Assembly (NCBI GenBank): GCA_945870885.1
Contig: CAMBTR010000001.1
Location: 1 to 57,672, forward strand
Direction: 5' to 3'
From: Chryseobacterium gleum
GTDB taxonomy: Bacteria > Bacteroidota > Bacteroidia > NS11-12g > UBA955
Length of the DNA: 57,672 nt
The translations under genes were made by a program, and so were the position numbers. Below, one piece after another: positions 55,427 through 57,672 of the stretch (positions are counted from its first letter, which is position 1; the number at the start of each line of letters is the position of its first letter). Below the pieces are notes generated by a model, which was given only the letters and a program-made list of their open reading frames with translations, did not search any database and was not told the DNA's origin.

Positions 55427-57672
55427 ATGGATGAACTAAACGAAAACACAGAAAGAATTATCTCAATCAACATTGAGGATGAAATGAAAACAGCCTACAT
55501 CGACTATTCAATGTCGGTGATTGTTTCCAGGGCATTGCCAGACGTTAGAGATGGTTTAAAACCAGTTCACAGAAGGGTTTTATACGGTATGACAGACTTG
55601 GGGCTTGCCTCAAATCGTGCGCACAAGAAATCAGCCCGTATCGTAGGGGAAGTATTGGGAAAGTATCACCCACACGGCGATAGTTCTGTATACGACACGA
55701 TGGTGCGTATGGCTCAGGATTGGAGCTTGCGTTATCCCTTCGTTGACGGGCAGGGTAACTTCGGTTCAATCGACGGAGATCCGCCGGCTGCGATGCGTTA
55801 TACAGAGGCTCGTTTAAGGAAGATTGCGGAAGAGATGATGGTAGACATCGACAAGAACACTGTTGATTTCAGACCAAACTTTGATGAAAGTTTGCAAGAA
55901 CCATCGGTAATGCCAGCAAAGATCCCTAACCTTTTGGTGAACGGAGCCAGCGGTATTGCTGTAGGTATGGCAACAAACATGGCGCCTCACAACTTAACTG
56001 AAGTGTGTGACGGTATCATTGCTTATATCGAAAATAAAGATATTGAGATTAGTGAGTTGATGAATCACGTGAAGGGCCCCGATTTTCCAACTGGGGGTAG
56101 CATTTACGGGGTAGAAGGCATTAAGGATGCTTTTGAAACCGGTCGTGGCAGAATTGTAATGCGCGGTAAGGCGGAAATCGAAGTGACCTCAACCGGTAAG
56201 GAAATGATTATCATTACCGAGGTTCCTTACCAAGTAACGCCAACCCAAATTATCCTTAAAGCGGTTGATTTGATCAATGAAAAGTTGATTGATGGTATAT
56301 CGGCTGTTCGCGATGAAAGTGGACGTCAGGGTATGCGCGTGGTATTCGAACTAAAAAGAGATGCGGTTCCAAACGTAATCTTGAACCAGTTATACAAATA
56401 CACTCCGTTGCAGAGCAGTTTCTCAGTGAATAACATTGCTTTGGTTGCAGGTCGTCCAGTAATGTTGAATCTGAAGGACATGATTAGGCATTTTGTGAAT
56501 CACCGACATGAAATCGTGATGCGCAGAACCAAGTACCTATTGGACGAAGCGAAAAAGCGCATCCATATTTTGGAAGGTTTGATTATCGCGTTGGACAACC
56601 TTGATGCTGTAATCAAATTGATTCGTGAAAGCCGCACACCAGACGCCGCAAAAGAAGGTTTGATGTCGAACTTTGGTCTTTCTGAAGTTCAGTCCAAAGC
56701 CATTTTAGAAATGCGTTTACAGCGTTTGACAGGCCTTGAAATCGATAAGATCCGCGAAGAGTACAATGCGGTATTGAAAGAGATCATGTATTACGAAAGT
56801 GTTTTGGCGAGCGAGGATTTGCGTATGGAAATCATCAAAACCGAAATCATCGAAGTAAAAGAAAAATACGGCGATGCTCGTCGTACCAACATCGAATTTA
56901 GCGCTGGAGAATTCAATATCGAAGATTTGATTCCAAACGATGAAGTGGTTATTACCATTTCTCACATGGGTTATATCAAAAGGACTTTATTGAGTGAATA
57001 CAAAGAACAGAATAGGGGTGGTAAAGGTTTAAGGGGTGTCGCTCACAGAGATGCAGATTTCGTGGAACACTTGTTTATCGCATCAACACACAACTATTTA
57101 CTGTTATTTACCGAACAAGGAAGATGTTTCTGGTTAAAGGTTTACGAAATTCCAGAGGGTCACAAAGCGACGAAGGGAAGGCCGATTCAGAATTTAATTA
57201 GCATTCCAAGCGATGATAAAGTAAAAGCATACCTAAACGTAATCAACTTAAAGGATCCAGAATACTTGGAGAACACCTTCATTATCATGGTTACCAAAAT
57301 GGGTGTGGTAAAAAAGACATCTTTGGAAGCATATAGCCGTCCTCGTACCAATGGTATCAATGCGATTACCGTGAGAGATGGAGATGAGTTGTTACAAGCA
57401 TGCTTAACCGATGGCGACAGTGAAGTCATCATCGCAAAGAGAAAAGGAAAAGCCATACGATTCCCAGAAGCAAAAGTTCGTCCAATGGGCCGTACCGCAG
57501 CGGGTGTGAGAGGTGTAACTCTAGAATCGGCGGAGGACGAAGTGATTGGCATGGTTTGTGTAAATCCAAGAAAGAGTGAAGCTACCATCCTGGTTTTAAG
57601 TGAAAAAGGATATGGAAAACGCACAGACCTCGAGGACTATCGCATTACAGGTAGGGGAGGAAAAGGCGTAAA
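55427..57672 (+). CDS. gyrA: DNA gyrase subunit A, N-terminal ~748 aa (3' end lies outside the window)
   Basis: My own translation from the ATG at 55427 is [55 protein letters not shown]...[35 protein letters not shown], the canonical GyrA N-terminus with the QRDR region. The frame is open to the end of the window. It is absent from the ORF track because there is no stop. Confidence 0.95.
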   Translation, partial: MDELNENTERIISINIEDEMKTAYIDYSMSVIVSRALPDVRDGLKPVHRRVLYGMTDLGLASNRAHKKSARIVGEVLGKYHPHGDSSVYDTMVRMAQDWSLRYPFVDGQGNFGSIDGDPPAAMRYTEARLRKIAEEMMVDIDKNTVDFRPNFDESLQEPSVMPAKIPNLLVNGASGIAVGMATNMAPHNLTEVCDGIIAYIENKDIEISELMNHVKGPDFPTGGSIYGVEGIKDAFETGRGRIVMRGKAEIEVTSTGKEMIIITEVPYQVTPTQIILKAVDLINEKLIDGISAVRDESGRQGMRVVFELKRDAVPNVILNQLYKYTPLQSSFSVNNIALVAGRPVMLNLKDMIRHFVNHRHEIVMRRTKYLLDEAKKRIHILEGLIIALDNLDAVIKLIRESRTPDAAKEGLMSNFGLSEVQSKAILEMRLQRLTGLEIDKIREEYNAVLKEIMYYESVLASEDLRMEIIKTEIIEVKEKYGDARRTNIEFSAGEFNIEDLIPNDEVVITISHMGYIKRTLLSEYKEQNRGGKGLRGVAHRDADFVEHLFIASTHNYLLLFTEQGRCFWLKVYEIPEGHKATKGRPIQNLISIPSDDKVKAYLNVINLKDPEYLENTFIIMVTKMGVVKKTSLEAYSRPRTNGINAITVRDGDELLQACLTDGDSEVIIAKRKGKAIRFPEAKVRPMGRTAAGVRGVTLESAEDEVIGMVCVNPRKSEATILVLSEKGYGKRTDLEDYRITGRGGKGV

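Noticed and set aside
1-57672. A search by eye for CRISPR arrays, IS elements/transposases, integrases, phage genes, toxin-antitoxin pairs, restriction-modification or other defence genes, and rRNA.
   Set aside because: None found. Every long ORF is accounted for by housekeeping, envelope or metabolic functions. I saw no direct-repeat array and no terminal inverted repeats. The only recurring non-coding motif I could verify is the promoter-like TTCTATCTTTGCAG 14-mer, at 9945 and 36492.

Overview
This window is a compact, largely housekeeping chromosomal segment of about 40% GC from a member of Bacteroidota, apparently Flavobacteriia-like. The phylum call rests on several sequence features. 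TAnnTTTG -7 promoter boxes precede many genes. A subtilase carries a T9SS C-terminal sorting domain. There is a complete six-gene alternative complex III (ActABCDEF) operon, a TonB-dependent receptor with a DUF4249 partner, and a GlsA/GlsB-like N-acyl amino acid lipid gene pair.

Gene order is:
- map (3' fragment), MBL-fold hydrolase, GT-C/TPR membrane glycosyltransferase (-), rpsA, RcnA-like metal transporter, YhhQ/VUT transporter (-), TPR protein, lytic transglycosylase lipoprotein
- actABCDEF, valS, PAP2/haloperoxidase-like lipoprotein (-), an unlisted 51-aa basic ORF (-), a CRTAC1/FG-GAP giant lipoprotein (-)
- the elongasome operon mreB-mreC-mreD-mrdA-rodA (-), preceded by a 1083-aa Omp85-like protein (-)
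- rocD, tRNA-Leu(UAA), TPR lipoprotein, lipocalin-like lipoprotein (-), tcdA (-), S8 peptidase
- GNAT N-acyltransferase, O-acyltransferase, phosphohexomutase and gcdH (all -)
- folB, TonB-dependent receptor, DUF4249, uvrA, M16 peptidase, gyrA (5' part)

I found no CRISPR array, transposase, integrase, prophage, rRNA or recognisable defence system. I therefore do not claim a novel multi-gene system.

The observations most worth follow-up are:
- a self-contained promoter-ORF-terminator unit for a 51-aa very basic protein that the ORF track missed
- an Omp85-like outer-membrane protein with a degenerate MA-peptidase-like N-terminal domain, sitting just upstream of the mre operon
- rpsA with a TTG start and a strong AGGAGG Shine-Dalgarno in a phylum that normally lacks them, plus a C-terminal HhH-like extension
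- a tRNA-Leu whose 3' end lies 3 nt from the ATG of the next gene
- -7 promoter boxes placed so close to start codons that leaderless mRNAs are implied

All functional calls are motif-level readings of the translations. No database search was run.
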